A DNA stretch of 57,607 nt, counting the filler, from Syncephalis fuscata S228 (Eukaryota; Fungi; Zoopagomycota), in assembly GCA_025786725.1 (NCBI GenBank). It is 3 parts of 3 records of this genome, joined end to end, with 100 filler letters (N's around TTAATTAATTAA, not from the genome) between each part and the next. Parts side by side here need not be neighbours in the genome. Positions count along the whole stretch, not along the records: positions 1 to 18,603 come from JAHLTZ010000183.1; positions 18,704 to 43,707 come from JAHLTZ010000123.1; 1 more part is not named here. One strand, 5' to 3'. The notes beneath the pieces are model-generated. The model had not been told where the DNA came from and searched no databases. It saw nothing but the letters and a program-made list of their open reading frames with translations. This document shows positions 11,334-23,834 of the stretch, one piece after another (the stretch's first letter is position 1; every line of letters starts with the position of its first letter). The translations under genes and the position numbers were made by a program.

Positions 11334-12869
11334 TTAACGCCATAAACATTTAGTTTGTGGACGTGCTTTATGGAGTTTTGCCGTAATAACTTCCCAGGCA
11401 GCCATCGATTCTTCATCATTTGGAACATCAATATTACCGGCTAGTTCCAATTTACGTAATTGAGGCAATGCACCAGCTATCAATGCATCTACTAATCTTT
11501 CAAATCCAGATGTATCCACCTGGTTACTGCTTAGATCAAGGAGAGTGAGTGCGGTATTATTAGACCATGATGCAATTTGATTAAAAATATTGGCCGATAA
11601 TGTTATTTGATTGCCATAAAGTGTAATCTGGGTAATTGAAGATGAAGAGTTTAAAAGTGCCGCCAAACCAATATCGGTGATGTCGTTCTTTGATAAGTCG
11701 AGTGAAATACCCGCTACAGCAGCAGTAAGAATGTAGTCATCATTGGTATTTTTGGTGGCTGTAGCAATAGCACTTGGTAGTGGTGTGACTGATACTGCTA
11801 ACTGACTGGCCCCTCCATCGCCCAGTGTATTTCCGCGTAATGTAACCTCACAGATCCGATTACCAGGACGTGTAAGCAGTTGGGCCAGATGATTAGCACC
11901 TACTGCAGTTACTCCACATTGATCCAGTTTTATTTCTTCAAGTGCCAATGAAGTGGCCAATACATCCTTGCTTGTTTCGTTTAAAGCCGATAAAAATGCA
12001 TCACCAGGTGTTATATCTTCTGTGGCATCTTTGCTACCAACCTCTTTACTGCTGCTTCCTTGTTCATTTTCTTTATTCTCATTGTCTTCCGGGGCTGTTG
12101 CATAACAATCGGATAGTATAATCTTACGACAAAGTGATGAAGGGTGCGAAAGTGTACAGCCTAGCTGTGTCATACCCGTCACGTCTAACTCGGTATTACC
12201 GGCTAGATTCAATTCTTGTAAACCGTGTTTCGACTTGTTGCCATCTGAGGGTAAAAGAACGGTGGCAATATCGGTGGCAAAATCTACACCTAATTTGTTA
12301 AAGCTTAGATCTAACGCTACCAATGAACCTTGAGCGACTCTATTCGCTTTAACACCCGCCATAATCGATTTAATGGTTGTATCGGTCAAATCATTCTCGG
12401 TCAGTATAACATGAGTTAGACTATGATTATTTGTTAGCATGCCTCGTACTGCTTCGGGAATAGCATTGGATGCTGTTGCTGTTGCAGCTGCTCCAATGCC
12501 ACATCGGCCCCAATCCAATAGATGGAGGGATTGATTTTTGCCAATAGCTGTACATAATGCTTCAAATCCAGTGGGTGCCCGCACGGCCAATTCGCGATCA
12601 CCAAGTGTCAACGACTGTAGCGTATGATTATGCTGTCCTAGCGTTTGAGCGAGTGCCGAAAGAGACGCGTTCGACTGTGCATGTCCGCCACAATGCAGCT
12701 GAGTAAGTGTATGGTTGTCAGCAAGTGCAGCAAATAGTTGCGCAAACTGGTCAGCCGTTAAACGGCGCGCCGTCATAACATGCAACGAAACAAAATGAGA
12801 ATCATTGGTATGTAGACGCCGAATCCAGTTGTCGACTGCTGTTTGGTTATCGTTGTTTCCCCAAACCAT
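11334..12869 (-). CDS. RNI-like leucine-rich-repeat protein, intronless, ~511 aa
   Basis: Repeated LxxLxLxxN units (LVALDLSFN, LQELNLAGN, LTLLDLSSN). First ATG at 12869. Confidence 0.85.
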   Translation of the reverse strand: MVWGNNDNQTAVDNWIRRLHTNDSHFVSLHVMTARRLTADQFAQLFAALADNHTLTQLHCGGHAQSNASLSALAQTLGQHNHTLQSLTLGDRELAVRAPTGFEALCTAIGKNQSLHLLDWGRCGIGAAATATASNAIPEAVRGMLTNNHSLTHVILTENDLTDTTIKSIMAGVKANRVAQGSLVALDLSFNKLGVDFATDIATVLLPSDGNKSKHGLQELNLAGNTELDVTGMTQLGCTLSHPSSLCRKIILSDCYATAPEDNENKENEQGSSSKEVGSKDATEDITPGDAFLSALNETSKDVLATSLALEEIKLDQCGVTAVGANHLAQLLTRPGNRICEVTLRGNTLGDGGASQLAVSVTPLPSAIATATKNTNDDYILTAAVAGISLDLSKNDITDIGLAALLNSSSSITQITLYGNQITLSANIFNQIASWSNNTALTLLDLSSNQVDTSGFERLVDALIAGALPQLRKLELAGNIDVPNDEESMAAWEVITAKLHKARPQTKCLWR

Positions 12870-13121
12870 GATAAACACGAACAGTAGTAGTATAGTTAGT
12901 GTAGATAGTAGAATGAATACTTTGTAATGATGGTAATAGTTGATTTCTCTTGTAACAATTTAATATTTGCTCAGTTTATTTGAATTAACATTCTGGTTAT
13001 TTTCTTTATTAGTGTCCACCACATCCTACGACATTAATACAGACCTGTCTCTGTCGCTATCCGTAGTGATGGATACGGAGCCTGCCGACGTGGCTTGCCG
13101 TCGTAATCAGAGACCAGATTT

Positions 13122-14615
13122 ATGCGAGCTATTGATACGCTGCCAATACGTCCGACGCTGCGTGCGCGATTACATACCAATGGCTACCATACTGTAAAAG
13201 ATTTGGCTATTGGCTACCACGAAGGACATATTACAACACGTAAATAATGGTCGAGAGTAGTATTTATTGCAGCTATATAGGCTAACTATTTATTTAGGTA
13301 TGGGTGTATCTGAAAATGAATTGCTACAAATACAAGAGTATTTACGGTCATTAGAACAGAAAGGTAGGTCAAGGTTGTTATTTAGCTAGATAATTAGCAA
13401 TTAAAAGCAATAAAATAAGAGTTAGGATCAAGTGGTGGTATTAATGCATTGGAGATGCTACAGCATGAAGAAGAGCCCAATCATCGTATTACTACGGGGA
13501 TTCATCAATTAGATAGTTTGTTAGGTGGTGGCGGTATACCTTGTGGACAACTTGTAGAAATTTGTGGCGAACCAGGCATTGGCAAGACACAGTTGGGGTA
13601 ATTAAATAGTGAGAGCGATCGTAACACATATTAACAAGCACTATTAGAATGCAACTGGCCGTCAATGTTCAACTACCTCGAGCATTATCGGGTGTAGCTG
13701 GAGAAGCCGTGTATATTGGTATGTATTACCAAGTGTATAGTTAGTTGATGGGAATTAACATATTGCCACAGATACTGAGGGTAGTTTCCGACCAGAGCGG
13801 GTACATAAACTAGCTGAATATGCGGCAAGACGTGCAAATGAACAGTTAAAATGTACGTGTCTACTGCATAATGTTTATAATTCTTATATTTATTTATTTG
13901 TTGTATTGACAAATAGTCGATGCAATGCGAGTACCAGATGTGTTACATCGTATTCATTACTTTAGAGTACATACACACTTGGAATTAATTGCCTTAATTC
14001 ATACGTTAGAAGAATTTGTACGATCACGAACCAAGGTATGTTTATGGCTGTTATTACTGTTGTACCAATATTAATTACCAAGCTAGATTCGTTTAATCGT
14101 TATTGATAGTATTGCTTTTCCATTTCGACAAAGTTTTGAGAATATGTCACAAAGAATACGCCTATTAACAAATATTGCTCGTTCTCTTTTGTCAATGGCT
14201 CGTCAATATCAACTTGGTGTAAGTAGCTAGTTGTATAGCAATAGATGGCTAATATCAGTATAGGTATTAATGATCAATCAAATGACGACACAATTGAATC
14301 ATGCTCAAGGAACATCTACGCTAGTGCCGGCCCTGGGAGATAGCTGGGGACATATGCCAAATATACGTCTAACTTTATTTTGGAGACAGAATATTAGGTA
14401 GTTTGTACATCTACAATAATTATCATTTTGTAAAAATAACCAATGTAATAGATACGCGCTATTATTCAAATCGCCACTTCTTGCGGATGCACTGGCAGCA
14501 TTTACCATTACAGTACGTGAATGGGCATTAGATTGATTTACTTGATATTCTAACTAAATAATTATGTGATATTTAGTCAAATGGATTAGTTGATCTAGAT
14601 GTGAATACCATATAA
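13122..14615 (+). CDS. RAD51C: RAD51 paralog C, multi-exon
   Basis: N-term MRAIDTLPIRPTLRARLHTNGYHTVKDL. Walker A GEPGIGKTQ, MQLAVNVQLP...GEAVYIDTEGSF, Walker B LIVIDS, LVPALGDSWGH. TAA at 14613-14615. Confidence 0.88.
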
Positions 14616-14764
14616 TATTCGTATAATTTAAAGGCACCCAGTATTGTATAGTAACTGCTGTTTATTGATTAGTTGGAATAAAAACAATTTAAAATATTTA
14701 TTGTTATTAAAATAAGAGGAAAAGTGCTACGGCTATTGCTGGATATGTCGCGCTGTATCTATGT

Positions 14765-15912
14765 TTATTTTCCGCGACCACCGAAGCCAAGGCGGCCTGG
14801 ACGAGTGCCAAGCGCCAACGCTGTACTAATATCATCCTCGACATCTTCTAAGATAGATGGGCCTGGTGAAAATATTTTCTCGTGGCTAACTGTCTTTCCT
14901 TCGGTTACTGGATCAATTACTGTATGGCCACCGCGCATTAGCTGAGCTGCTCGTGTATCAAAATGACCTGCAGTTTCGCGAACAGCGTGAACCGTTTTGT
15001 CCTGTGCAACACCAGCAAAAGCCGTACCAATCGTTTCTCCTAACAGCGAGGCACCCTTTTTGGTGATGGCATCGGTGATGGCAGGCGTGCCTATTGTTTT
15101 GAGCATGATTGCTCCACCAACAAGTCCACTAACGGCACCACCGATGATGTTGGGAATTAGACCAACGGCGGTATCTTTAAAGCGCTGTTCCCGAGTACGT
15201 GGGTCAGCGGTGTCGTTGCGTACGCCAATGCCTAAGAATTTACGCTCGATAGCCGTTTGTGTACGATTCCAAACAACTGTACCGGCCACACCGGCTGCCG
15301 TGAAGGCTGGTACCGTTGCACCCATCACGCCAAGTACACCGAGACCGGCGGCAGTAGCAACTGCGCCAGATACTAGAGAGGGGGCAAGGACTTTGGCTAC
15401 ATTTTTCATACGACTTGATCGGCGATTTGGCGAGGGAAATAGATCGTTTTCCACGGGTACCGACGATGCAGGTGCAAAAGCGGTACCATTAGCGGCAAGA
15501 GCGGCGTTTTTTTTTTTTCTTGAAGCTCGGCCACTTCTACCGCTGTTAATGCGCCCACCTTGAAGCCGGTCGATACAGATCCACCTATTGTATCGGCAAC
15601 ATCGGCCCCCATTTTACCAAGTTGTAAGGCTTGGCCCAGTCCATTACTAATGAAGCCGGTTACCAAGCTAATGCCAAACTGATTACCAATTTCTTTGGCC
15701 TCTTTAACAACTTTCTCCTCCAAAGTAGTATGATTACTCTGGCCAGGCAGATCAATAAACACCGGCTTTCCAGGCAGTGAGTCTACCATAGTTCCATTAT
15801 GACCTGATGCTAATGATTTACTATCACTGATGGGTACAGGGGAAGCAACAACAGTAGTGGTCACAGATTGTACTGTTAAAATACTAAATAGACATGACAC
15901 TGAAAGCAGCAT
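14765..15912 (-). CDS. Secreted Gly/Ala-rich protein with three hydrophobic glycine-zipper-like modules, frameshifted in an A12 run
   Basis: Signal peptide from ATG 15912 (MLLSVSCLFSILTVQSVTTTVVA-SP). ORFs 15406-15978 and 14765-15454 fuse into ~382 aa with one extra A at 15507-15518. Confidence 0.65.
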
Positions 15913-17734
15913 CAAGGAATTTATGTGTTTTATGTGGTAATTATGCTTGGAAATACCAAGTGCCAATTTTATATTCATTACCAGCTATTATGTGAAGATG
16001 TGCAACAACAATCAATAAATCTAGCAAATTATATCGCTATTAAATTAAGCAAGTCTTTAAATAATAATAGGTGATGATGATAAACAGATCGAAGGATCTG
16101 GTAAAAGACGTCACTAGCAGAAGATAGAAGAGAATAGATGGCGTTAATAAGACCTAATAGATTGGGAAAGTAATGTTGGATAAACTTGAAGGTCATAAGA
16201 CTGAAACAATCTGTTGTACTTAGCTTTATACCGGATGCAGATTGCACGATAACACAATAAAACAAAAATATTGCCCATTATTTAGCGGTAAAGATAGGTA
16301 ATGGACTATCTTTCCATGTGTTGATGAAGTCAACAGCGGTAGTGACTCACGTGGCACCAAGTAATCGAACGCTAGTGCGTCGGTGATGATTTAGTGAAGT
16401 TTGTCTTAAGCACGAGCGAATGACTGGTTATGGAAAAACTACAATATATACCTTTGGGTACTCATGTTAATGCAGTTAATTGGCAATTGTAACTAGAAAT
16501 TGGCACGTGAAGACAGTTATGGTTCAGCACTAGCCAATCGGAGTGAGGTAGATTAACTGATTAATATTAATCCATCAGTTTTACTAGTTCGGCATATGGC
16601 GGTGTTTGCGGAGATATAAAAAACGCGTGCTTCATATTTGTTTGTTGGTGTGCAAAATTATGCCTACAGCACACGAATACTATTGTTTCTATAACAACGA
16701 CAAGAGTAACCAGCATGGTAACACTGTGCAATGGTATACAGCTAACGGAAATGGTCCAGGACCACGTTATTTCAATAATTGCCTATGCTCAGGCATGAGA
16801 TACCTGACGTGGTAGGTAGTACAAATAGTAAAACCGGTATTGTGGTTAAAATGGCGTCATTATTAAATAAAAACTATATTGCTAATTAGGTGCTGAAGGC
16901 AGTAGTTTACAATTTATTGCAACATCTAGTAACAATCTTTGAATGGTAATACCAATCAAAATAGTTTTGTACCAAGTCTAATCATTCTTAAATGCTTTAA
17001 TGGTCTGAATGTTATTTATAACTTTTAATGACCAGAAGCATAAACAATCGTTTTATTATGTATAATTAGTGGAGCGATTTTAATAAATTTGGCGTAAATG
17101 TCAGCCATACTTGTGTTTAACATGAAGTTAGCCGTTTAGTAATAGCACTACATTGGTGATGTTTGTTTGTTCACTGTAATTAGTATGACTACGTTTGAGT
17201 GGATATCTAAAGCATTTTAGTTTTGAATCACAACTGGTTATTGTCTGTTCTATACTATTGTTTATAATACATTTACAAACTTCACATTATTGCGCTGAAT
17301 ATCTATCTCTACACATTATTTATAAAGATTAAAAATACTATCGCAATCATATTAATTAATCTATTAAAATAATCCTAATTTTAGATACCAAAAAGTATCA
17401 AACGTTTTTACGATCATTTTCTAATGACAAGGTGTGCTTATTAGCTAAAACTTATTTACTTGTAAATAAAACGTCCAAGTGTAAAACATTTTACTACGAT
17501 ACATACAAGTAAATCTAATTGTGTCTGAGTAAAAATGTGGAAACGACTATATTAAACAAATTTAGATTCAGAAAATTCACAGTTTAGTGATAGAGATACA
17601 AGACAAGTACCATTACACTGGTTACCAATATTATTTGTAATAAAAAGACGCTGTTTCTTTGAAATGTTGGCAAATACCATTTAATCATATGTACGCGACT
17701 ATTCAAATATACTAGTAGAAAAACTTTTTATACA

Positions 17735-18500
17735 ATGCAATCTTTTCTTCTAATTTTTGGAATATTGGCACTGCCATTTTTAGCAAGTTCTTACACTTGG
17801 GGGTGGCCTGGAACCAAGAGTAGCCTACTGCTTAATGAGGATTTCAAAAAACCATTGAATGAAAATATATGGAATTTTGATCTTGGTAATGGTTGCGAAC
17901 AGAATCTCTGCCAATGGGGAAATGGCGAACAGCAAGTATACACCAAGGCTGGCATTCAAACAATGCTGATGGGCACTTGAAATGTTGCTCGTCGCGAAAT
18001 GGCAAATGGACTTCGGGCAGATCAATACAAAAACAGTTACATTCAAATACGGCCGTATTGATGTCGCGCCAAATTGCCAACGGCTGATGGTGCTTTTCCA
18101 GCGATTGGATGATGCCTCAAAACAGCCTATGGCACCTGGCCCAACAGCGGTGAAATTGACATTGCAGAGTACCAGTCTTCATGGACCAGGACGATAAACG
18201 CGCTCGCTTCAGACGCTACACTTTAAAATCATCATGGTGGAATGCCATGGCATTTAGTACTTCGAGCGACCCTTCCAATGGCACACGTACACTGTTATGT
18301 GGTCTCCGATTATATCAAGTTTATGGCGACATGAGTTCAGCGGAGCCTCACCGTCCGAAGAATGCACGCCCGATGCATGGCCATATATCAGGATTCTACA
18401 TAGTTAAATCGGCTATTGAGCCTTCATGGGGCAGCCGGTCAAAGCCACGATGACGTGCACACGCTGAAATGATGGATTCGTGTAAGCGTAGATTGGATGC
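17735..18500 (+). pseudogene. Secreted GH16 beta-1,3-glucanase (laminarinase type) with many frameshifts; pseudogene or poor consensus at contig end
   Basis: Signal peptide, WGNGEQQVYT, FKYGRIDV, and YGTWPNSGEIDIAEY with the catalytic ExDxxE at 18152-18169, spread over different frames. Confidence 0.8.
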
Positions 18501-18603
18501 ATCCTCGCTATCCTGTCGCACGCCCAATTGTCGATAGTTGAATATAAACAAAAATTAAATTGCTTTTGTGCGTTGAAATGCATTATTTGTACTATTCGCT
18601 CGT

Positions 18604-18703
18604 NNNNNNNNNNNNNNNNNNNNNNNNNNNNNNNNNNNNNNNNNNNNTTAATTAATTAANNNNNNNNNNNNNNNNNNNNNNNNNNNNNNNNNNNNNNNNN
18701 NNN
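18604..18703. other. Artificial contig linker
   Basis: N44-TTAATTAATTAA-N44 (stops in all six frames). Confidence 0.97.
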
Positions 18704-19386
18704 CTAGGATTTATTAGCGTATCAGTAGAATTATTATTGTCGCTGCTGTTGTTAATGTACGCATTTGTGTATGTGTATGGATGAGTGTGAAGCTGGGTGT
18801 CGGGGGGGGGGCAGAAATAGGACGAAGCGCAAGGCGGATTCACACATCATGCTAACACACCTCACCGCCTTATCTTTTTTCTTTTACCATTCCCATTCAC
18901 TTCCCGGTTTACATTTGGGATTACTCCGTTTAGACACACACACACACTTATAGCCGCCGCCACTGCGATCCCTTCTGTGTGTAGCTGCGCTGTTAGTTGC
19001 CTGTGTCCGTATCCGGTTAAAAGGAAGCCTCCACGCCATTTTACCGCTGGTATTTTGCGCACTTATCCTCACTCGTTGGTTTTACATACCATCACCACCA
19101 CCACCACTACACACCAACATCACACATCCCTGCCTTCATTCGCATCATTTACGTTTGTTGCGACGTTTCCCCCTTTCTTTCACCTTTCACTAACAACAAC
19201 ACACTACTTATTTACACCGATTATTAGCTCGCCTATTTTATTCTTGTTGCAACGAACAACTAGCTTTTTTGCTATTTGATTATCAGTAGCAACAACACTA
19301 ACAAAAAATACACCACCACCACCATACACCACGTAAACACATTGTTGTCCGGTCGTGAAGTGCAACCAGTGTAGCCCATCTACAAG

Positions 19387-22300
19387 ATGTCGAATGACCC
19401 ACAAATTGGTAAGTAGCTGTTGTTGTTATGCTGTGCACTATCTATACATAGTATGTACAGTGTGTTATTTTTGTTTGAGTGAGGTAACAACGCGGCAGGT
19501 TCATATTGTTTATCTAAAACAAACAATATGATACGCAGCGCCCATCCTAAACTTGTTCGCAGATGTACGCGCGATTGTTTTCCCGACCATTACTTCTCCT
19601 TCTACTACACTTCATGGGTTCTATTCGTTCTTCCATGCATACTGGTTAATGATGGATGGGCACACATTTGGCACTTTCTTGTTTGTATGTCTTGAGGTAC
19701 ATTTTTTCTACTCTTCTGTAACCATTGATTCTTACAATGTGGCACGCCACCCCCTTTTGCCCTGCCCTGATTGGAAAAAACCGGCTGGGCAAGGATGAAA
19801 AGATAGGCTAGCGGCGACATTTACTCTGAAGTGCCAATGAACGAATGAAAGAATGTAATTCTATGTGTGTGTGTGTCCACTGCGGTGTTTCCTTTTGCCT
19901 TTGCTCTCTCGCTCTCGCTCTCGCTCTACAGCATCATCATTTGCCTTTAATACGCCGCACTTCTCGCTCACTCTTCCGGCACACGACTGGTCAGATGAAC
20001 TTTTTATTGCTTGCGCTTCCTTGATTCTAATCGTTATTACCATCTGGCACAGCTGGCTGTTTCCTTTTCATTAATTGATTAGCATATTCGGAATTTATCC
20101 TTTTACACGGTCTACTATTGCCATTCACATATTGAATCGGCAATTATTACATTCTATTCTATTACTCCGATCTTGCTGACAATTTCACACACAACCTTTC
20201 ACTCATTCACATCGATCCACACTCTACTTAATCGCATACCACGCTCTATACACAAATCACTTTCATTTATTGCTAGTATTATTATTAGCAATTAGTACTA
20301 CTCTTATTATCATTATATCGCTACTACCATCCATCTTCTTCATCAGCTGCCACCTTGTCTGTGCCTCGCCTATCTTCATCCGTTTTCCTATTTCTTTCCT
20401 TGCCTATTCGGTCAGTCACAGCTGGTGCTATCCGTTTTCTCTTTGTTTTTCCAAAACAATACACACACTCAGCTACACACACAATCCACTGCCCTTTGCC
20501 TTTTAACGTCCACTGCGCAACCATCACATCTACGCACTACAACCAACTAACCTTTTCTTCTTTATTTATCGATTACTGTCGCTATGTCGTCGTCTTCTAC
20601 AGAACGGACAGAGTCTGTGGCCGATGATGGCACCAAGACCGCTATCACTGTGACGACTACTACCGCCGATAATGGTACTGTTACCGTTGAGACGGTTACC
20701 GTTGTAACGAAGCCTGATGGCAGTACCAACACCACTACTGAAGTAGAGGAGTTCACCGAAGAGACGATTGAAGAACAAGCTGTTGAGGCCACCGAAAAGG
20801 GCGCCGTTGTTATTCCTATGACCGACATCAAGTCAGTCGATAAGCATGCTGATGCTAAGGAAGCCCACAAAGGCACTGGCCAACTGGAGATTGAAGAGCA
20901 CGTCCACGTTGAAATGACTGAGGAGATTGATGAGGAGCTTGAAAAGCTACTTCAAACCGATCACACCAAGGGTCTAACCAGCGAGGAGGCTGCCCAACGT
21001 CTTGAACAGTTTGGTCGCAATGAAATTGCTGAAGTCAAGCACAATCCTTTCCTCAAGTTCCTTTCGTACTTTACCGGTGCCATTGCTTTCCTTATCGAGG
21101 TGGCTGCCATTCTATCTGGTGTAGTAGAGGATTGGATCAGTTTCGGTATTATCATCGTTCTGTTGATTGTCAATGCCGTTATCGGTTTTGTTGAAGAAGC
21201 TCGTGCCGAATCCGCCCTTGACGCGCTTAAGAACACACTGGCCCTTAAGGCCCGTGTCTGGCGTAATGGTGAGCTCGTTGAAATTGATACCGTCGAACTT
21301 GTCCCTGGTGATATTGTCATTCTACGTTTGGGTGATATTATTCCTGCCGATTGCCGTCTTCTTGGTATTGGTGCCACTGGTGAAGCTGTTGAAGATGATC
21401 TACAAATCGATCAATCTGCTCTTACTGGTGAATCCCTTCCCGTCCACAAGAAAAAGAACGACACCGTCTACTCTTCATCCATCGTTAAGCAAGGTCAAAT
21501 GTTGGCTGTTGTCACCAAGACCGGTTCCAATACTTTCATCGGCCGTGCTGCTAACTTGATGGCTATCACTACCGAGGCTGGTCATTTCCAAAAGATTGTC
21601 AACCAAATTGGTAACTTCTTGGTTGTTGTCACTATTGTCATGGTTGTTGTTCTGTTCTTGTACAAGCTGCTTAAGAAGGGTGACAAGGCTCTTGATGCTC
21701 TTCGTGAAGTGGTCGTCTTGACTGTTGCTGCTATTCCTGTCGGTTTACCTACTGTTTTGTCTGTTACCATGGCTGTCGGTGCTAAGCAATTGGCCAAGAA
21801 GAAGGTTATTGTTAAGCGCTTAACAGCTGTCGAAGAAATGGCTTCAGTTAAGATTCTATGTTCCGACAAGACCGGTACTCTTACTCTTAACGAGTTGACC
21901 TTTGACGATCCATTCCTCTGTGCTGGCTATTCTGCTTCCGATCTTCTTCTCAACGCCTATCTTGCCTCCGAGCCAGGTGCCAACGATCCTATCGAAAAGG
22001 CCGTCCGTACTGCTGCTATCGAACAAGTTGACATTCTTAACAACGTTGACAAGACCCACGAAATCCCCGGCTACAAAGTTACCTCCTTCTTGCCTTTCAA
22101 TCCAGATACTAAACGTACTCAAGCTACCGTGACCAACACCACTACCGGCGAACAATTCCGTGTCTCTAAGGGTGCTCCACAAGTTATTGTCAAGCTTGTT
22201 GGTGGCCACGATGCCGCTGTTTTGGCTGTCAATGACTTGGCCCGTCGTGGTCTACGTGCCTTGGGTGTAGCCCGTACCGTTCCTGGCTCTATGGATGAGT

Positions 22301-23559
22301 GGGAATTGGTTGGTATGATCTCATTGCTCGATCCACCACGTCCCGACTCGGCTGAGACTATTCTCAACTTGGCCAAGATGGGTGTTGAGGTCAAGATGAT
22401 TACTGGTGATCAGCAGATCATTGGTAAGGAAGTCGCCCAGCGTCTTGGTATGCAGCGTGTCATTCTTGATGCCAACAAGTTGATTGAGCCTGGTGTGTCT
22501 GAAGAAGAAATCGTCCGTCGTTGTGAACGCTCTGATGGTTTCGCTCAAGTCATTCCTGAACACAAATACCGTGTTGTTGAATTGTTGCAAGAGAAGGGAT
22601 ACCTTGTCGGTATGACAGGCGACGGTGTCAACGACGCCCCAGCCTTGAAGAAGGCCAACGTCGGTATTGCCGTCCACGGCTGTACTGATGCTGCCCGTTC
22701 TGCCGCCGATATTGTATTGCTCGCTCCTGGTCTTTCTACCATCTGTGATGGTGTCACCACTTCCCGTGCTATCTTCCAACGTATGCGTTCTTATGCCCTT
22801 TACCGTATTACATCGACCATTCATTTCTTGATCTTCTTCTTTATTATTATCTTGGTAGAAGACTGGAACTTGAGTCCATTGCTGTTGATTATCATCACCA
22901 TTTTGAACGATGCCGCCACCTTGGTTATTGCCGTCGATAACGCCCAAATCTCTGAACAGCCCGACAAATGGCGTTTGGGTCAATTGATTACGCTTTCCTT
23001 CATTCTTGGTCTTTTCTTGACTGCCGCTTCATTTGCTCACTACTACATTGCTCGCCATCTATTGAACGAGCAGCACCCTGGTGATGCCGATCTGGTCAAG
23101 GCCAAACTGACCACGGTGATGTACCTGCATATCTCATCGTGCCCTCACTTTGTTATCTTCTCCACGCGTCTATCCGGCTATTTCTGGGAGAACTTCCCAT
23201 CGTTGACCTTCTTTGTCGCTATTATTGCCACACAAATTCTTGCTATGTTGATGTCCATTTTCGGTATTGGTGAAGAATTGGCCGCCGTTGGTCCAGCCTG
23301 GGGCTTCGCCATCATCTTCATCTCGCTCGGCTACTTCATTGTTCTTGACTTTGTCAAGGTCCAAGTCCTCCGCATGTGGTCGTTTGAATTGACTGCCGTC
23401 CTCTGGCCATCACCAGCTCGTCGTCGCAAGTTGGCCGACCGCAAGCAGCAAGCCATCGTCGATGCTCGTGTCCGCACTAACATCGAAAAGGTACGCCGTG
23501 TCATCACCATGTCGAAGGTCATCATCGCCTTCAAGGCTGCCCAGGCTGAAAAGAAATAA
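19387..23559 (+). CDS. PMA1: Plasma-membrane P-type H+-ATPase (P3A); exon 1 19387-19408, exon 2 20603-23559
   Basis: TGES, CSDKTGTLT, KGAP, DPPR, MTGDGVNDAPALKKA, ILNDA motifs. Strong codon bias. Upstream exon MSNDPQI splices in frame. Confidence 0.96.
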
Positions 23560-23834
23560 TTATTATTATCTATATAATATCATCAGCATGATATCATCAT
23601 CTCCATTCGTTTACTTGTGATTTTGTTGTTGTTGTTGTTGTTATATAGAGGAACCGAAGGCCGATAGCTAACAAGCTTGCTCCTGCTTATTCGTTTGTCG
23701 CTTGTTGTAGACACGCGTACGCGCCTTCTAAACCAAACGTTCCCTTTTTCCTTCTCTTTTAAATTCTCCACAACACCTACACAGTTTTTACATCTTTTTT
23801 ACTATTAAAGAGTATTATTTTAATCCTCTATCTA

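Noticed and set aside
18604-18703. TTAATTAATTAA palindrome as a biological site (also 43752-43763)
   Set aside because: Identical N-padded 100-bp linker occurs twice; it is an assembly concatenation spacer.
20961-23534. Antisense ORFs over PMA1, and similar ones over STU1, SEC7 and the glycine-zipper gene
   Set aside because: Shadows of codon bias on the coding strand.
10677-23559. Extending the proton-pump cluster to PMA1
   Set aside because: PMA1 is on a different contig across an artificial linker.
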